Positions 39,554 to 50,882 of a stretch of 64,000 nucleotides of DNA are shown in pieces; position 1 is the first letter of the stretch, and each line of letters begins with the position of its first letter. This DNA comes from an uncultured delta proteobacterium. GTDB lineage: Bacteria > Myxococcota_A > Polyangia > Polyangiales > Polyangiaceae. Location: contig CAVOKF010000004.1 in assembly GCA_963696385.1 (NCBI GenBank), positions 768,001 through 832,000 on the forward strand. The letters are read 5' to 3'. Below the pieces are notes generated by a model, which ran no database searches, had not been told where the DNA came from, and saw only the letters and a program-made list of their open reading frames with translations. The translations under genes were made by a program, and so were the position numbers.

Positions 39554-40988
39554 TTAAAGCTCCGGAGCGAGCAGCCGGGCCACCTGCTCGATCACCCAGT
39601 CCTGCCGGTAGGGCGGACTGTCCGATGCGGACTCGGCGATGAGGCCGTCGAGGAAGGCGCGAACCTGCCCTATCGCGTCCCGACTGTACAGGCACAAGGC
39701 ACTCTCGTAGTTGAGAAATAAGCTCCCGCATGTCGAAGTTCGGCGAGCCGACGTAAGCGAACGCGTCGTCGATCACCATGGCCTTCGCGTGGACCATCCC
39801 GAGCCCGTAGTAATGGACGACGGCGCCCGCAGCCCGGAGCTCGCGGAGCAACTGCCGGCGAGCGACGTCGGCGACCCCGTGATTCGACCGCGACGGCACC
39901 AGGATCTCGGTTTTCACGCCTCGTCGCGCCGACAGGACGAGGGCGTGCTGCAGCGGCGCGTCCGGTACGTAGTACGGCGTCGCGATCGCGATCCGCTCGC
40001 GCGCATCGAAGATCTCCGTCAAGAAGAGATCGTAGAGAGTGTCGGTGGGCATGTCGGGCCCGCTGGCGACCACCTGGACGACGGCGTCGCCGCGAGGGAC
40101 GGCGCGATCGGCGCAACTCGGATCGTCGACCACACGCCCGGGGCCGCGACAGAATCGCCAATCCGACTCGAACAGCGCCAGGGCATCGGCGGCCGCCGGT
40201 CCGCTCGCCACGGCGGCGAGGTCACGCCATCGGGGTGCGCTCGCCGGGCGCGCGGTCGGGCCCATGTACTCGTCGGCCAGATTCATTCCTCCCGCGAAGA
40301 CATGCTCGCCGTCGAAGACGCCGAGCTTGCGGTGGCTCCGCAAGTTGGTGCGGCCCCGGACCGGCGAGTGGCGGAGTGGCATGAACGCGCGAACTTGGGC
40401 ACCGGCCGTACCGAGCAGCCGCGTCGCTCGGCGAAGCGATCGCCGGGAACCGACGGCATCGAGGATCAGGCGCACGCTCACGCCCCGCGCCGCACTCTCG
40501 GCGAGTGCGTCGACGACCGTTCCGCCGGTCGCGTCGTCGCCCAGGATGAACATCGTCAGGTCAATCGACCGTTCGGCGTTCCGAATCAAATCCATCAGGC
40601 GCGCGTAGGCCGTCTCGCCCGTCGTCAGAAGCTCGAACGCGTGGCCGCCCCGCGCTGGTGCCAATCCGCTCGCCAGCGACAAGCGCGCAAGCCCCGTCGC
40701 GGGTTTTCCGTCGCTCGACGGGTCGGCAGACCAGGCCGTCTCGCGCCCCGGCCGTTTCGCGTGCCGGGGGAACTTCCGGCTCCCGAGAAGAAGGTAGAGC
40801 GGGATCGCGACGAACGGCAGGAACACGATCGCCAGAAGCCAGGCGAGTGTGCTCTGAGGAGTCCGAGGCGAATCGAAGACTCGAAAGAGCATCACCAGCG
40901 AGGCGATGGCCGCCAGAACGGTGAGAACGTGCGACGCAACGTAGGTAGCGATCAACGCCGGGAGCCCTGCCGCGGGCGAGCATTCCAT
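39554..40988 (-). CDS. cls: Cardiolipin synthase (PLD family; frameshift at 39725-39727)
   Basis: PLDc_N (TLAWLLAIVFLP), two HKD motifs (HRKLGVFD, HAKAMVID); removing one G restores NFDMRSLFLNYE to TAA at 39554. Confidence 0.88.
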
Positions 40989-41299
40989 GCTTCTCGCTCG
41001 GGCTCCACGAGGACGTTCGGATTGAGTCGCCGCTCTCGCGGGTTTCCGGCCAGGAATACGCAGCGCATGGCGAGAGCCTACTGGCTTCTGCCGGCACGGA
41101 TGCGCCTTCCGCGACGCCGTTTCTCTTGTGGCATGGGCTGTTCATCGAGCGGTCACTTCGCCAAACTGGCGCGACACCGTAACAACAGTGAACCGAGAGG
41201 GGATTCCGGGCGCGCAGACGAGCCCGCTTAATCGATCGCCGACTCTCGACGGCGACCCGCCGCCGCGTTACGAGACACTTGCTATCGCGGGGACCGATC

Positions 41300-41470
41300 A
41301 TGGCCAATCCAAACGCCGGTCGATTCACCTGGCACGAATGGATTTCGAGCGATGCCGGGCCCGATCTTCGGCTCGAGCGGCAAGGCGGGGCAAGGGGACA
41401 TGCCATATGGGCACTGGACCCGCGACGGCAAAGAAGTCGGCGGAATGACCCGGCACATATCCCACGGCAC
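41300..41470 (+). pseudogene. VOC/glyoxalase-family remnant
   Basis: MANPNAGRFTWHEWISSD and, in another frame, MPYGHWTRDGKEVGGM. Confidence 0.5.
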
Positions 41471-41562
41471 CGCACTGCGCCGCGCGCACACGCAGCGGCG
41501 GCGAACGGCGATCCTGGCTGCGTCGTTCGCGCTTGCGCTGAACGCCCGTAGGAGCGCGGTAA

Positions 41563-43228
41563 ATGATCCCGTCCGAGCGCGAAACCGCGTCACGGAGCGA
41601 TGCCGCGCGACCGGATCGAATCGTTCACTTATCGGACTTGCACATCGCCGCGACGCAACGATCCACGCAGATCCTCGGACGGTTGCCTGGAGCGCTCCGC
41701 GACTTCCTCGGCCCGCAGGGTTCACCTTCCGTTGCGGCGATTTTCGTGACCGGCGACGTGTTCGACTCGTCGGACTTCGACCGCACAGAGGCGATGAGTC
41801 GCTTCGTGGCGCTGTATGGCGCGCTCATGGAACGCCCTCCCGGACCCCGTCCCTGTCGTGCTCCTTGCCGGCAACCACGACCGGCGCAGGGGAGGGATCC
41901 TTGGCCCGCACGACCCCACGCTGTTCGACGCGCTGGCTGTCGCCTCCGCGTCGGTGAAACGAGCGCCTGTCTTCGTAGCGGGCCGTCTCCCCCGCCGCGC
42001 CGAGAGGGTCCCCCAAGAGGTGCACCGCACCCGCGCCAGCGTGGCGACCTACGACGCGACCGTCCTGCTGCGCGGCCTCTTTAGCGCTGGCGGTGAGGTT
42101 CGTCAGGAGGACCTGCTGTGGTTGGTGTCGACGCTGCCTCGCGAGCCCGAGCCTAGGGCCCCGCTTCTGCTTTTGATGCATCACCATCTGATCCCGACCC
42201 CGCTCACCGACCTGGGGCGCGTCGACCTGCATGGGCGAGATGCCATCTCGCGATGGATCGTCGACCGGGCCCTTCCCATGCTCGTCTCGAATGCCGATCG
42301 CGAAGAACTGACGATGACCGCGCTCGGGGCCGGAACGGCAATCTCGACGTTGCACGGGGTAGGCCGTCCAGTGGTCGTCCTGCACGGACACAAACACTAT
42401 CCGACCGCCAGGCTCCTGGTCGGAACCGACCTCGGCGAAAACGACATCGCCATCCTCTCTGCGGGGAGCGCCGGTGTGGCCGAAGCGTGGTCTCCGACGG
42501 ACGGTCGCGGCGCCGGTCACCTCTGGCCGTCGTTCAACGTGCTCGATCTGGGCTCCGACGGTTCCTTGGTCGCTCGGACGGTCGCGTTCTCGCCTACGAG
42601 CGGCCGGCTCGCGCCTCCGCGGATCCTCATCGACATCCAGCGCGCCGGACTCCGATGGGAGGTGCGGACGCCCGCGGCCCTCGCGCCGGCTGAACCGGTG
42701 CTCAAAAGCAATGAAGCCCACTTCGCGTTGAGCGGGACGGGGGACCGTTGGACTCTGCGTTGCACGCGACGCCTGATGCCGGAATCCGAGAGCGCGCGTG
42801 TCGCGTACGTCGAAGTGGTCGCGGCGGCGCCGGGCGCGAGGCCCGAGCGTATCGTGGACGCTCAGGGGGAGCGTCGCGCCGCCCGCGTCCCCTTCCATCT
42901 GGCGGTCTCGACGGCCGGACCTTCCTCGTACACGCTGCGTCACGCGGTGTGCCGGACACCCTCGGCGGCGAAGCGCGCGTACGGTCGCGAGACCGCGTTC
43001 GAAGGGGTCGGTTTCGTCAACCGAGCCCCCTCACGCAAGGCCGTTTTGCGTTTGCAAGGATTGCCCCCGTCGTTCGAAGCTTTTGCCAGCATCACGGACA
43101 TGACCACTGGGCGCGAGACCATGGTGCCCCTTGCGTGCAACGGCGACGACCGACAGGTGACGTGCGAACCCTGTCCGGCCCGCAGCCTTCTCCGCCTGCA
43201 CATCGTCCTGCAATCGGAACATCCCTGA
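41563..43228 (+). CDS. Calcineurin-like metallophosphoesterase with C-terminal extension (frameshift near 41830)
   Basis: HLSDLH, VTGDVFD, then LAGNHD, MHHH, LHGHKH in the next frame; one extra G after ATG 41827. Confidence 0.8.
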
Positions 43229-43363
43229 AGTCCATGGCGTACTCCCTCTCGGTCGCCGGCTCGATGATGAGCGGCGGGTCGCCCCAGCGAACCCTGTACT
43301 CAGCCGCCGCCCTTCGCGCCGCGGACGCCGAGGAGCTACCGCGGGTCCTTCGAGGATCTCGGA

Positions 43364-43426
43364 GCGATCATGTCGAAACGCCAATTCGACCTTGGTCTTG
43401 AAGACGACCGCGTCGGGAATGCGCAC
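43364..43426 (-). mobile_element. Tiny IS701-family transposase remnant
   Basis: RIPDAVVFKTKVELA followed by out-of-frame DMI resembles the IS701 IP..V.F.TK.ELA..MI segment. Confidence 0.4.
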
Positions 43427-43728
43427 GACGACCTAAACCCCAGGCGAACTTGGCACTTTCCGCTCGAGGGTGGCTCCCCGGCCCGGCGGCCTCCGGAAGG
43501 CCGGCGCGCTGACGGCGCGTGTAGGCCCGAGCCGACACGTCCAGACCGATAGCCGTTTCTCGCCGACGGTCACCGGGCGCCGCTGCTGCCGCTCGTCCTC
43601 AATGACGCCGCGTGACCGCAACGTCCTGTAGCGCAACGGTTCGACGATGCCCATGTTTGCCCGGCGAGAGTCGCCGGCGCCGGCAATTGGGCGAGGTGGC
43701 CCGCATCGTGCCTGAGAGGGGGCGTGAG

Positions 43729-45521
43729 ATGACGTCTGTTGCGGAATCCGAGACACCAGCGATCGAGATTGGCAAGTACCGTGTCGTCGCCGAGCTCGCG
43801 AAGGGGGGTATGGGCAATGTGTATCTCGCGATCGCTCAGGGGCCCGGCCGGTTCAACAAGCTTTTGGCGGTCAAAGAGCTGAAGCCTTCATTTTGCGAGG
43901 ACGAGACGTACGTCGCCATGTTCCTCGAGGAGGCGCGCCTCGCCGCACGACTGACCCACCCGAACATCGTGCAGACCAACGAGGTCGGTTCCGACGGCAA
44001 TCGCCACTTCATGATCATGGAATTTCTGGATGGCCGCACCCTGCAGCGGATCGGCCGGCACCTCGCGCGCCATGACGGGCTGTCGGTCGGTGGGCACCTG
44101 CGGGTGATCACGGAGGCGCTTCGCGGACTGCACTACGCGCACGAGCTGCGAGGTTTCGACGGCGAGTCGCTCGACATCGTGCATCGCGACGTGAGCCCGC
44201 TCAACGTCATCGTGACGTTTGACGGTCAGGCCAAAGTGCTCGACTTCGGAATCGCCAAGTCGGTGGATTCCGCACTCGTGACGCGCACGGGCATTCTCAA
44301 AGGCCGCATCGCCTACATGTCGCCCGAGCAAGCCAGCGGCGGCAAGGTGGATCGTCGCGCGGACATCTACTCGGCCGGTGTCATGGTCTGGGAAGCCGCC
44401 GCCGGGCGAAGGCTCTGGCCGCAAATGACCGATGTCGAAATTCTATCGCGCGTGGTCCGCGAAGGACCTCCTTCGCTGCGAGCGGTGTGCCCCCACGCGT
44501 CGCCGGAACTCGATGCGATTTGCACTCGGGCAACGGCACGGCATCCGCACGATCGGTACCCCACCGCGGCCGAGTTCGTCGATGCCCTCGAGTCCTATCT
44601 CACCCGGCGCGACGACGCGATGTCGATGCGCGAAATCGGGGTTGTCGTGGGTCGAGCGTTCCAGGCCGAGCGCGACAAGATGAGCCTCATCATCGAGGAA
44701 GTCGTTTCGCGTTTTCCGACCAGCCCGCGCTCGGGCCACATGCCTCGTCTGCCGTCGCCCGTTTCAGGCACCCAGGCCGTCAGTCCTGCGACTCCGGTCG
44801 TCGACGGACCTGTCGCCGGAAGTCCGAGCGAGCCGTCCTTGTGGATCGAGGGATCGATCATGGCCCCGCCGCCGGGCGACGTGAAGGGCGACGGCGCCAT
44901 CGAAGCTCGCGCGGCCCGGTCGCTCGTGTCTTGGTTCGCGGGCGCCGTTGCAGCCCGCGGCGTTGCCGTTGTGCTCGCCGTGGCCCTCGCCGTTGCGGTG
45001 GCCTATCGCGTTCGAAATCGCCCCCCGCACCGACCCAGGGCGCCGCCCCGACGGTGGCGGCTGCCGCCGTGGTTGCGCCGGCTGCGGAGCCCCGGTTCAT
45101 CCATCTCGCCGTGCAGGCTTCGCCGACCACCGCGCAGATCACGCTCGACGGAGAGCGGGTGTCGACCAATCCCTACCGCGCAGAGCGGGCGAAAGACGGT
45201 CAGCTGCACACCATCGCGGTCTCGGCCGAGGATTACGAAACCCAGACCGAGCAGGTGTCGTTTTCGGGCGACGTCGAGATCGACATCCGTCTGGATCGCC
45301 TTGCGATCGCGACGCTCCCGGCCGTCGTGACGCACCGGTCCCCACAGCGTGCGGCGCCCCCTCCGGCCAGGGCTCATCTCGCACCGGATCCGCCATCGCC
45401 GCCGCCGCCGCCGCGATCTCGGCCGCAACCGACCCTCGCTGCGCAAACCGGCGTGGGTCCGGCCGGCGGGCGTCCGCCGCTTCGTCCTATCGAAGCCAAC
45501 AATCCCTACGACTCCCGATGA
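43729..45521 (+). CDS. Ser/Thr protein kinase with TM helix and PEGA-like domain (frameshift at C6, 45021-45026)
   Basis: GGMGNVY, HRDVSP.N, DFG, YMSPEQ; post-TM frame continues ASPTTAQITLDG...NPY. Confidence 0.9.
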
Positions 45522-45681
45522 CCCTGGGGGGTACGGAGCGGGGCACCTGATCTTCATGACCCGGAACATGCGTACCGCCGAAAACATTGCGCGCGGAAGA
45601 GACGCACCCGGATGGCAATACGCTCGCAGAGCGCCCAGACCGCGGGCACGCCGCCTGCATGGTGGTGCGGGACTCATCGTG

Positions 45682-46695
45682 ATGATTCAATCTGCTGAAG
45701 AGAGCGGTCAACCCGCGCCGAAGAGCATGGCGTCGCCGTCGCCTCTGCGACCGCTTCGGGTCCTTGTCGTCGACGACGACGACGACGCACGGGCAGCGCT
45801 GTGTGCCGCCGTGGCCGCACTCGGCCACCGTTGCCGAGGTGCGGCCAGCGGATCCGAGGCGTTGCGCTGGCACCGCGCGCAGCGGGCCGATGTCGTCATC
45901 AGCGATTGGGCGATGCCCGGCATCGATGGCATGGAGCTTTGTCGGCGCATTCGCGATCTCGACCGCGGGACCTATACGTATCTCCTGTTCGCCAGCGGTC
46001 ATGCGAAAAAGCGCGACTTCGTGGAGGCCGTACGGGCGGGCGCGGACGACTACCTGCCCAAGCCCATCGACGTGGATGACCTCGAGGCGAGGCTCATCGC
46101 GGCCGATCGCGTGGTCCGGGCCTACCGCGAGCTCGCCGATCGGAACGTAGGCCTGCGTCGTGACAGCGAGGCCTCGTTTCGCGACGCAAGGGTGGATGCT
46201 CTCACGGGCGTCGGCAATCGGTTGCGACTCGACGAGGATCTCGCAAAGCTTCAGGTCCACGCGACGCGCTACGAGCGGAGTGTCTCGATTGCCATGTGCG
46301 ATCTCGACGAGTTCAAGCGCTATAACGATCATTACGGCCATCTTGCCGGCGACGCCGTTCTGCGCCAGATCGCTCGCGCGATCAGCGCGAGCGTGCGCCG
46401 CGCCGACCAGGTCTATCGCTACGGTGGCGAGGAATTTCTGATCGTGCTGCCGGAGCAGTCGCTCGAGGGGGCGGCCGCAGCCGTGGAACGAGTGCGCTCG
46501 ACGGTCGAACACCTCGGGATCGCGCACGCGCCCGGCGCAAGGAAGGCCGTGGTCACCGTCAGCATCGGTCTCGCGTCGGTCGTGCGGAGTGGAGATCACG
46601 CCGTCGACCGCACCATCGAGCGCGCCGACCGTGCCATGTACCGCGCCAAGGCGGAAGGTGGCAACACGGTGTCGATAGAGCGAGACGCGAGTTAA
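45682..46695 (+). CDS. Response regulator receiver-diguanylate cyclase
   Basis: REC (VVDDD, SDWAMP, KP), DALTG, GGEEF, I-site RRAD; start uncertain. Confidence 0.92.
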   Translation: MIQSAEESGQPAPKSMASPSPLRPLRVLVVDDDDDARAALCAAVAALGHRCRGAASGSEALRWHRAQRADVVISDWAMPGIDGMELCRRIRDLDRGTYTYLLFASGHAKKRDFVEAVRAGADDYLPKPIDVDDLEARLIAADRVVRAYRELADRNVGLRRDSEASFRDARVDALTGVGNRLRLDEDLAKLQVHATRYERSVSIAMCDLDEFKRYNDHYGHLAGDAVLRQIARAISASVRRADQVYRYGGEEFLIVLPEQSLEGAAAAVERVRSTVEHLGIAHAPGARKAVVTVSIGLASVVRSGDHAVDRTIERADRAMYRAKAEGGNTVSIERDAS

Positions 46696-46792
46696 AGTGC
46701 CCCCAGAACAACGGGATCAGCCGAGCGGTGTACTCCATCGCCGGGAAGTGATTGGGGTTTGGGGCGAAGCGCCAAAGAAATCGTACACCGCC
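46696..46792. repeat. Structured REP-like element, copy B
   Basis: Shares core with 8792-8855; GCGGTGTAC/GTACACCGC inverted repeat; TTTGG-GGCGAAGCG-CCAAA hairpin. Confidence 0.65.
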
Positions 46793-46808
46793 CACCGTCG
46801 TACTCGCT

Positions 46809-46850
46809 GACGTCGCAGGGCGGACGTCGCAGGGCGGACGTCGCACGGCG
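46809..46850. repeat. Tandem repeat, 3 x 14 bp
   Basis: GACGTCGCAGGGCG twice plus GACGTCGCACGGCG. Confidence 0.85.
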
Positions 46851-47158
46851 GGGCCGTAGGCGAGGGACGCGAAGCGCTGCCGATTGCAGTGTCAGCAGAA
46901 GGTGCACGTCCATATCCCGTATTGAACAGTCGAATCTTTGGATATTTGCGCGCTCGACGGATCGACCCCGTTCGTAGGCACGGCCGGCCTCTTTTTTGAG
47001 CCGTTTCTCGACGCAGGCGCCTCTGCACATCGAAGGGGTACGGCGTTGCCGGCGAAGGGCCCGTCCTCTGGGCAGCGCGCTGTAAAACGGTTGTCACACT
47101 GCAATCCATGCTTTGGCGCGTCCAAGGCAGTGCCACATTGATGGAGAATGGAGCCCAC

Positions 47159-48994
47159 ATGCTTCAACGAAATGTCTGGCGATCTCGGTTCGGGCAGGTG
47201 GGCTGGCCGGCGCTCGCGCTGGCGGTGGCGGCGTGTACGGGCGTCATCGGCACGGCCCCTGGGGATCCGGGAACGGGTCCTGGCCAGGCGGGGGGCCAGA
47301 GTCCGGGCTCAGCGGCGGCCGGGCCGACGGGTGCTGCGGTGGGTGCTGCAGGAGGCGGAGGCGGTGTGACGACAGCGGAGCCGCGCGATCCGGGGCGCGT
47401 GACCATTCGGCGATTGAACCGAGCGGAGTACGACAACACGGTTCACGACTTGCTCGGGACATCGCAGACGCCCGGCGCATCGACGTTTCCCGACGATGCT
47501 CCGGCCCTCGGGTTCGACAACAACGGCGACCTGCAAACGCTGTCGCCGGTTCAGTTCACGCTTTACCAGCAAGCGGCTGAATCGCTGGCGGCCGAGGCGA
47601 TGACGCCGGGCACGGCGGAGTACACGAACCTGGTGACCTGCGACCTGACCACCGGGACGTCTTGCGCTCAGACTCTCATCACCAACTTCGGTCTGCGGGC
47701 GTTCCGGCGCCCGTTGACGTCGACCGAAGTCGCGACCTTCGTGGCTCTGATGGCGACGGCCGCACAAGAGGGAGCCACCGTCGACGTGCAGTTTCGTACG
47801 GTTCTCGAAGCGATGTTGCAGTCGCCGAACTTCCTGTTCCGTCCCGAATTCGATTCGGACCCGACGTCTCTGACGCCGCACTTGCTCAGTCCGTACGAGA
47901 CGGCGTCGCGCCTGTCCTACATGATGTACCGCAGCATGCCGGACCAGGCGCTGTTCGACGCGGCGGCTGCGGCCACGACGAACCCGGCGGCGGGCTCGCT
48001 TGCCACGGTGGCCGGCGTGCAGGCGCAGCTGCAGCGCATGCTCGCGGATCCGAAGGGGGTCTTCGCGCCGGTGTTCGCGTCCATGTGGCTGGGCACGAGC
48101 GTCGTGAGCACGCAGATGTTCGATGCGACGATGTTTCCGGAATTCAATACGAGCCTGGCGACTTCGATGTTGGGCGAGGTCAACGATTTCTTTGGCGAGT
48201 TCGTGACGGAGAACGAGCCGGTCTTGCAACTGCTGACCGCGAAGTTTTCCTACATCGACAGCAATCTGGCATCGCTCTACGGAATTGCGGCACCGAGCGG
48301 AACGGGGCTGACGCGCATGACGTTGACGACGCCGGAGCGCGGCGGCGGGTTGCTCACGATGGCGGGCGTCCTGTCGGTCACGTCGTACCCGACCCGAACG
48401 TCGATCGTGAAGCGGGGGGCCTGGGTGCTCAGCCAGTTGATGTGTTCTGCGCCTCCGCCCCCTCCGCCCAACGTGCCTCCCTTCCCGACCATTGCGGTGG
48501 ACGGGGGTACGCAAGAGCAGATCCTGGCGCTGCACAGCGCGAACCCGGCATGCGCCGTGTGCCACGAGAGCATGGACAACATTGGAAGCGCACTTGAAAA
48601 TTACGATGCGGTCGGGGCCTGGCGAACGGAAGACAATGGGGAACCGGTCGACGCCGACGGCATGTTTGCCGGAGCGATCGCCGACCCCGACGGCGGCGTG
48701 GGTGCGAAGTTCACCGGCGGGATCCAGCTCGCGGCCGCGGTGGCGGCGGACCCCCGGTTCGTGCCGTGCGTCGCCCAGAACGTGTTGACCTACTCGCTCG
48801 GTCGCGCGCTTGTGGCGACCGACACGCCGTACTTGGCCCAGATCACGACGCCTGCGCAGGGCGGCGGGGCCCTTGGAGTGGGTGACGTGCTGACCAACGT
48901 GGTGTCCAACGACACGTTCCGCATGCGTCGCGGAGATGCCACCCCTCTCCCGGACGGGGGAGACACGACCAACCTGGACGGAGGAACGCAATGA
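47159..48994 (+). CDS. DUF1592-domain lipoprotein (DUF1587/1595/1592/1588/1585) with CxxCH
   Basis: RRLNRAEYDNTV.DL, RAFRRPL, QSPNFLFR, TSIVKRG, CAVCHESMD, ENYDAVGAWR. Confidence 0.92.
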   Translation: MLQRNVWRSRFGQVGWPALALAVAACTGVIGTAPGDPGTGPGQAGGQSPGSAAAGPTGAAVGAAGGGGGVTTAEPRDPGRVTIRRLNRAEYDNTVHDLLGTSQTPGASTFPDDAPALGFDNNGDLQTLSPVQFTLYQQAAESLAAEAMTPGTAEYTNLVTCDLTTGTSCAQTLITNFGLRAFRRPLTSTEVATFVALMATAAQEGATVDVQFRTVLEAMLQSPNFLFRPEFDSDPTSLTPHLLSPYETASRLSYMMYRSMPDQALFDAAAAATTNPAAGSLATVAGVQAQLQRMLADPKGVFAPVFASMWLGTSVVSTQMFDATMFPEFNTSLATSMLGEVNDFFGEFVTENEPVLQLLTAKFSYIDSNLASLYGIAAPSGTGLTRMTLTTPERGGGLLTMAGVLSVTSYPTRTSIVKRGAWVLSQLMCSAPPPPPPNVPPFPTIAVDGGTQEQILALHSANPACAVCHESMDNIGSALENYDAVGAWRTEDNGEPVDADGMFAGAIADPDGGVGAKFTGGIQLAAAVAADPRFVPCVAQNVLTYSLGRALVATDTPYLAQITTPAQGGGALGVGDVLTNVVSNDTFRMRRGDATPLPDGGDTTNLDGGTQ

Positions 48995-50499
48995 GCATCA
49001 CCCGCATTCGCGATAAGAACGTGACCTTCGACGCGAAGGCGCTGGCCGCCGAACGGCGCAACCCCCGCCGGCCGTTGGTGACTCGACGAGCGATCTTACG
49101 GGCGGCGGCGGCGTCGATCACGCTGCCGGTGCTCGAGTCGCTTCTCACGCGCTCGGAAGCGCGGGCGCAAGCCGCCTCGCCGCCCATCCGGTTTCTGAGC
49201 TGGTACCTGCCTTGCGGCGTCTGGGGTCCGAGCTGGTTCCCGGCCGATACGGGCGTCAACTACACGCTGAGCTCGACGCTCGCGTCGCTCGCTCCGGTCA
49301 AGAGCAAACTGCTGGTGTTTTCGGGCATCCAAAACACACCGGCGGTCAACCCGCAGGGATCGCACGGCTGCGGGGCCCCGGGCATGACCACCTGCATGCA
49401 GGGCCAGAAGCCGCAGATCCAGGTGGGCATTTCCGTCGATCAGGTCTACGCGCAGTCGCTGGGCACGGCCACGGTCATCCCGTCGATGCAGATTAGCGGC
49501 ACGACGTCGACCTTCTCGGACACGTCGTACCCGTCGGTGTACAACGGCACGACGTCCTGGGCGAGCGCGACCCAGCCGCTTCCGCCGGTGTCCAATCCGG
49601 CGACCATTTTCAACCAGATCTTTGCCAACACCTCGCCCTCGGGCGACGCCGGCTCGGCCGATGCATCGGCCGCACTCGCGATGCGCAAGGCGCTGCGCAA
49701 GAGCGTTCTCGACGAAGTGACGGGCGAAGCCAATTCACTGGTCGCTCGGCTGGGGACGACCGACCGCCTCAAGGTCGACGAGTACTTGACGAGCGTCCGG
49801 GCCGCGGAATTGGCGGTCGAAGCGTCGATGTCGAACACGGTCTCGACCTGCGCCCCGGTCAACGCGGATGGCGGAGTGATGACCTCGCCGTCGTTGCCGA
49901 CGGGCCCTCTGACCAACGGCAACGGGTATCCCATTGCCGACCCGCCGACGCTCACGGCGACGATGATTCAGCTCATGGCGCTGGCGTTTCAGTGCGACGC
50001 CACACGGGTCATCAACTACCAGCAGATGAACGGCGGGCACTCCTCGTATTCGAGTTTGCCCTGGCTCAACATCGACCAAGATCACCACGGCCTTTCGCAC
50101 CACAACGGCAATGTCGCGACCGGCGCGCTGCTGGCTCAGATCGAGGCGTGGGAGATCTCGATGTTCTCGTCGTTCCTGCAGAAATTGAACGCGATGCCGG
50201 AAGGCAGCGGGACGGTACTCGACAACAGCATCATCTTCCTGTCCAACGAAATCTCCGACGGCAACGCGCACAATCAAGGCACGACCACCTACAGCACGGT
50301 GCCCACGTTCACCGCGGCGACCGGCAAGCCCATCCTGATCGCGGGGACTGCCGGCGGAAAACTCATCACCGGGCAACAGATCTCGTACAACGCCGAGCCT
50401 CAGGCCAACCTGTTCATCACCCTGCTCAATACGCTCGGCGTGCCGACCACGACCTTCGGCGCCGCCGGCACTGCCCCGCTCACAGGCCTGACGGCCTAG
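48991..50499 (+). CDS. DUF1552 (HxxSHH) Tat-exported protein
   Basis: TRRAILR...LPVLES, SVDQ, LAFQCDATRV, HHGLSHH; overlaps upstream stop (ATGA). Confidence 0.92.
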   Translation: MSITRIRDKNVTFDAKALAAERRNPRRPLVTRRAILRAAAASITLPVLESLLTRSEARAQAASPPIRFLSWYLPCGVWGPSWFPADTGVNYTLSSTLASLAPVKSKLLVFSGIQNTPAVNPQGSHGCGAPGMTTCMQGQKPQIQVGISVDQVYAQSLGTATVIPSMQISGTTSTFSDTSYPSVYNGTTSWASATQPLPPVSNPATIFNQIFANTSPSGDAGSADASAALAMRKALRKSVLDEVTGEANSLVARLGTTDRLKVDEYLTSVRAAELAVEASMSNTVSTCAPVNADGGVMTSPSLPTGPLTNGNGYPIADPPTLTATMIQLMALAFQCDATRVINYQQMNGGHSSYSSLPWLNIDQDHHGLSHHNGNVATGALLAQIEAWEISMFSSFLQKLNAMPEGSGTVLDNSIIFLSNEISDGNAHNQGTTTYSTVPTFTAATGKPILIAGTAGGKLITGQQISYNAEPQANLFITLLNTLGVPTTTFGAAGTAPLTGLTA

Positions 50500-50559
50500 G
50501 ACCGAAAGGCCTTAGCCATAGCCGATTCGCCTCGCGAAGGAGGGTCGTCGCAGGTGTCG

Positions 50560-50607
50560 GGAGAGCGCGGCGGGGTCCACCGTAACGGGGGGCCCGCCGC
50601 GTTTTCC
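50560..50607. terminator. Strong hairpin between convergent genes
   Basis: GGAGAGCGCGGCGGG / CCCGCCGCGTTTTCC 15-bp stem including G-T pairs. Confidence 0.45.
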
Positions 50608-50752
50608 GTTGGGGTCCCCTTCGCGCATGCATATCCTCCGGCGCGGACGACACCCATCCGGGTGAATGCCCACCCGCCGGCAGCCCTCCCTTTCGCTGCC
50701 CGTTCGCGCTACAGGCCCAACCCCTGTGACTCCCGCCCCCGGTAGCGGGGGG

Positions 50753-50852
50753 CTAGTACCTCGATTCCGCGGAATGGAAGGGTCGTTTTCCGCGATATTC
50801 CCGACGGGATCGGGTGGTCTCACCCCTCCGTTTCATGGAATCGGGGTACTAG
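50753..50852. mobile_element. 100-bp MITE/REPIN-like element with 31-bp imperfect terminal inverted repeats
   Basis: CTAGTACCTCGATTCCGCGGAATGGAAGGGT ... ACCCCTCCGTTTCATGGAATCGGGGTACTAG. Confidence 0.7.
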
Positions 50853-50882
50853 GCTCCCGCGCAACCCTTTGCGTGAGCCGTT

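Noticed and set aside
46809..46850. Possible CRISPR array
   Set aside because: Units are contiguous 14-mers without spacers, and no cas genes are present
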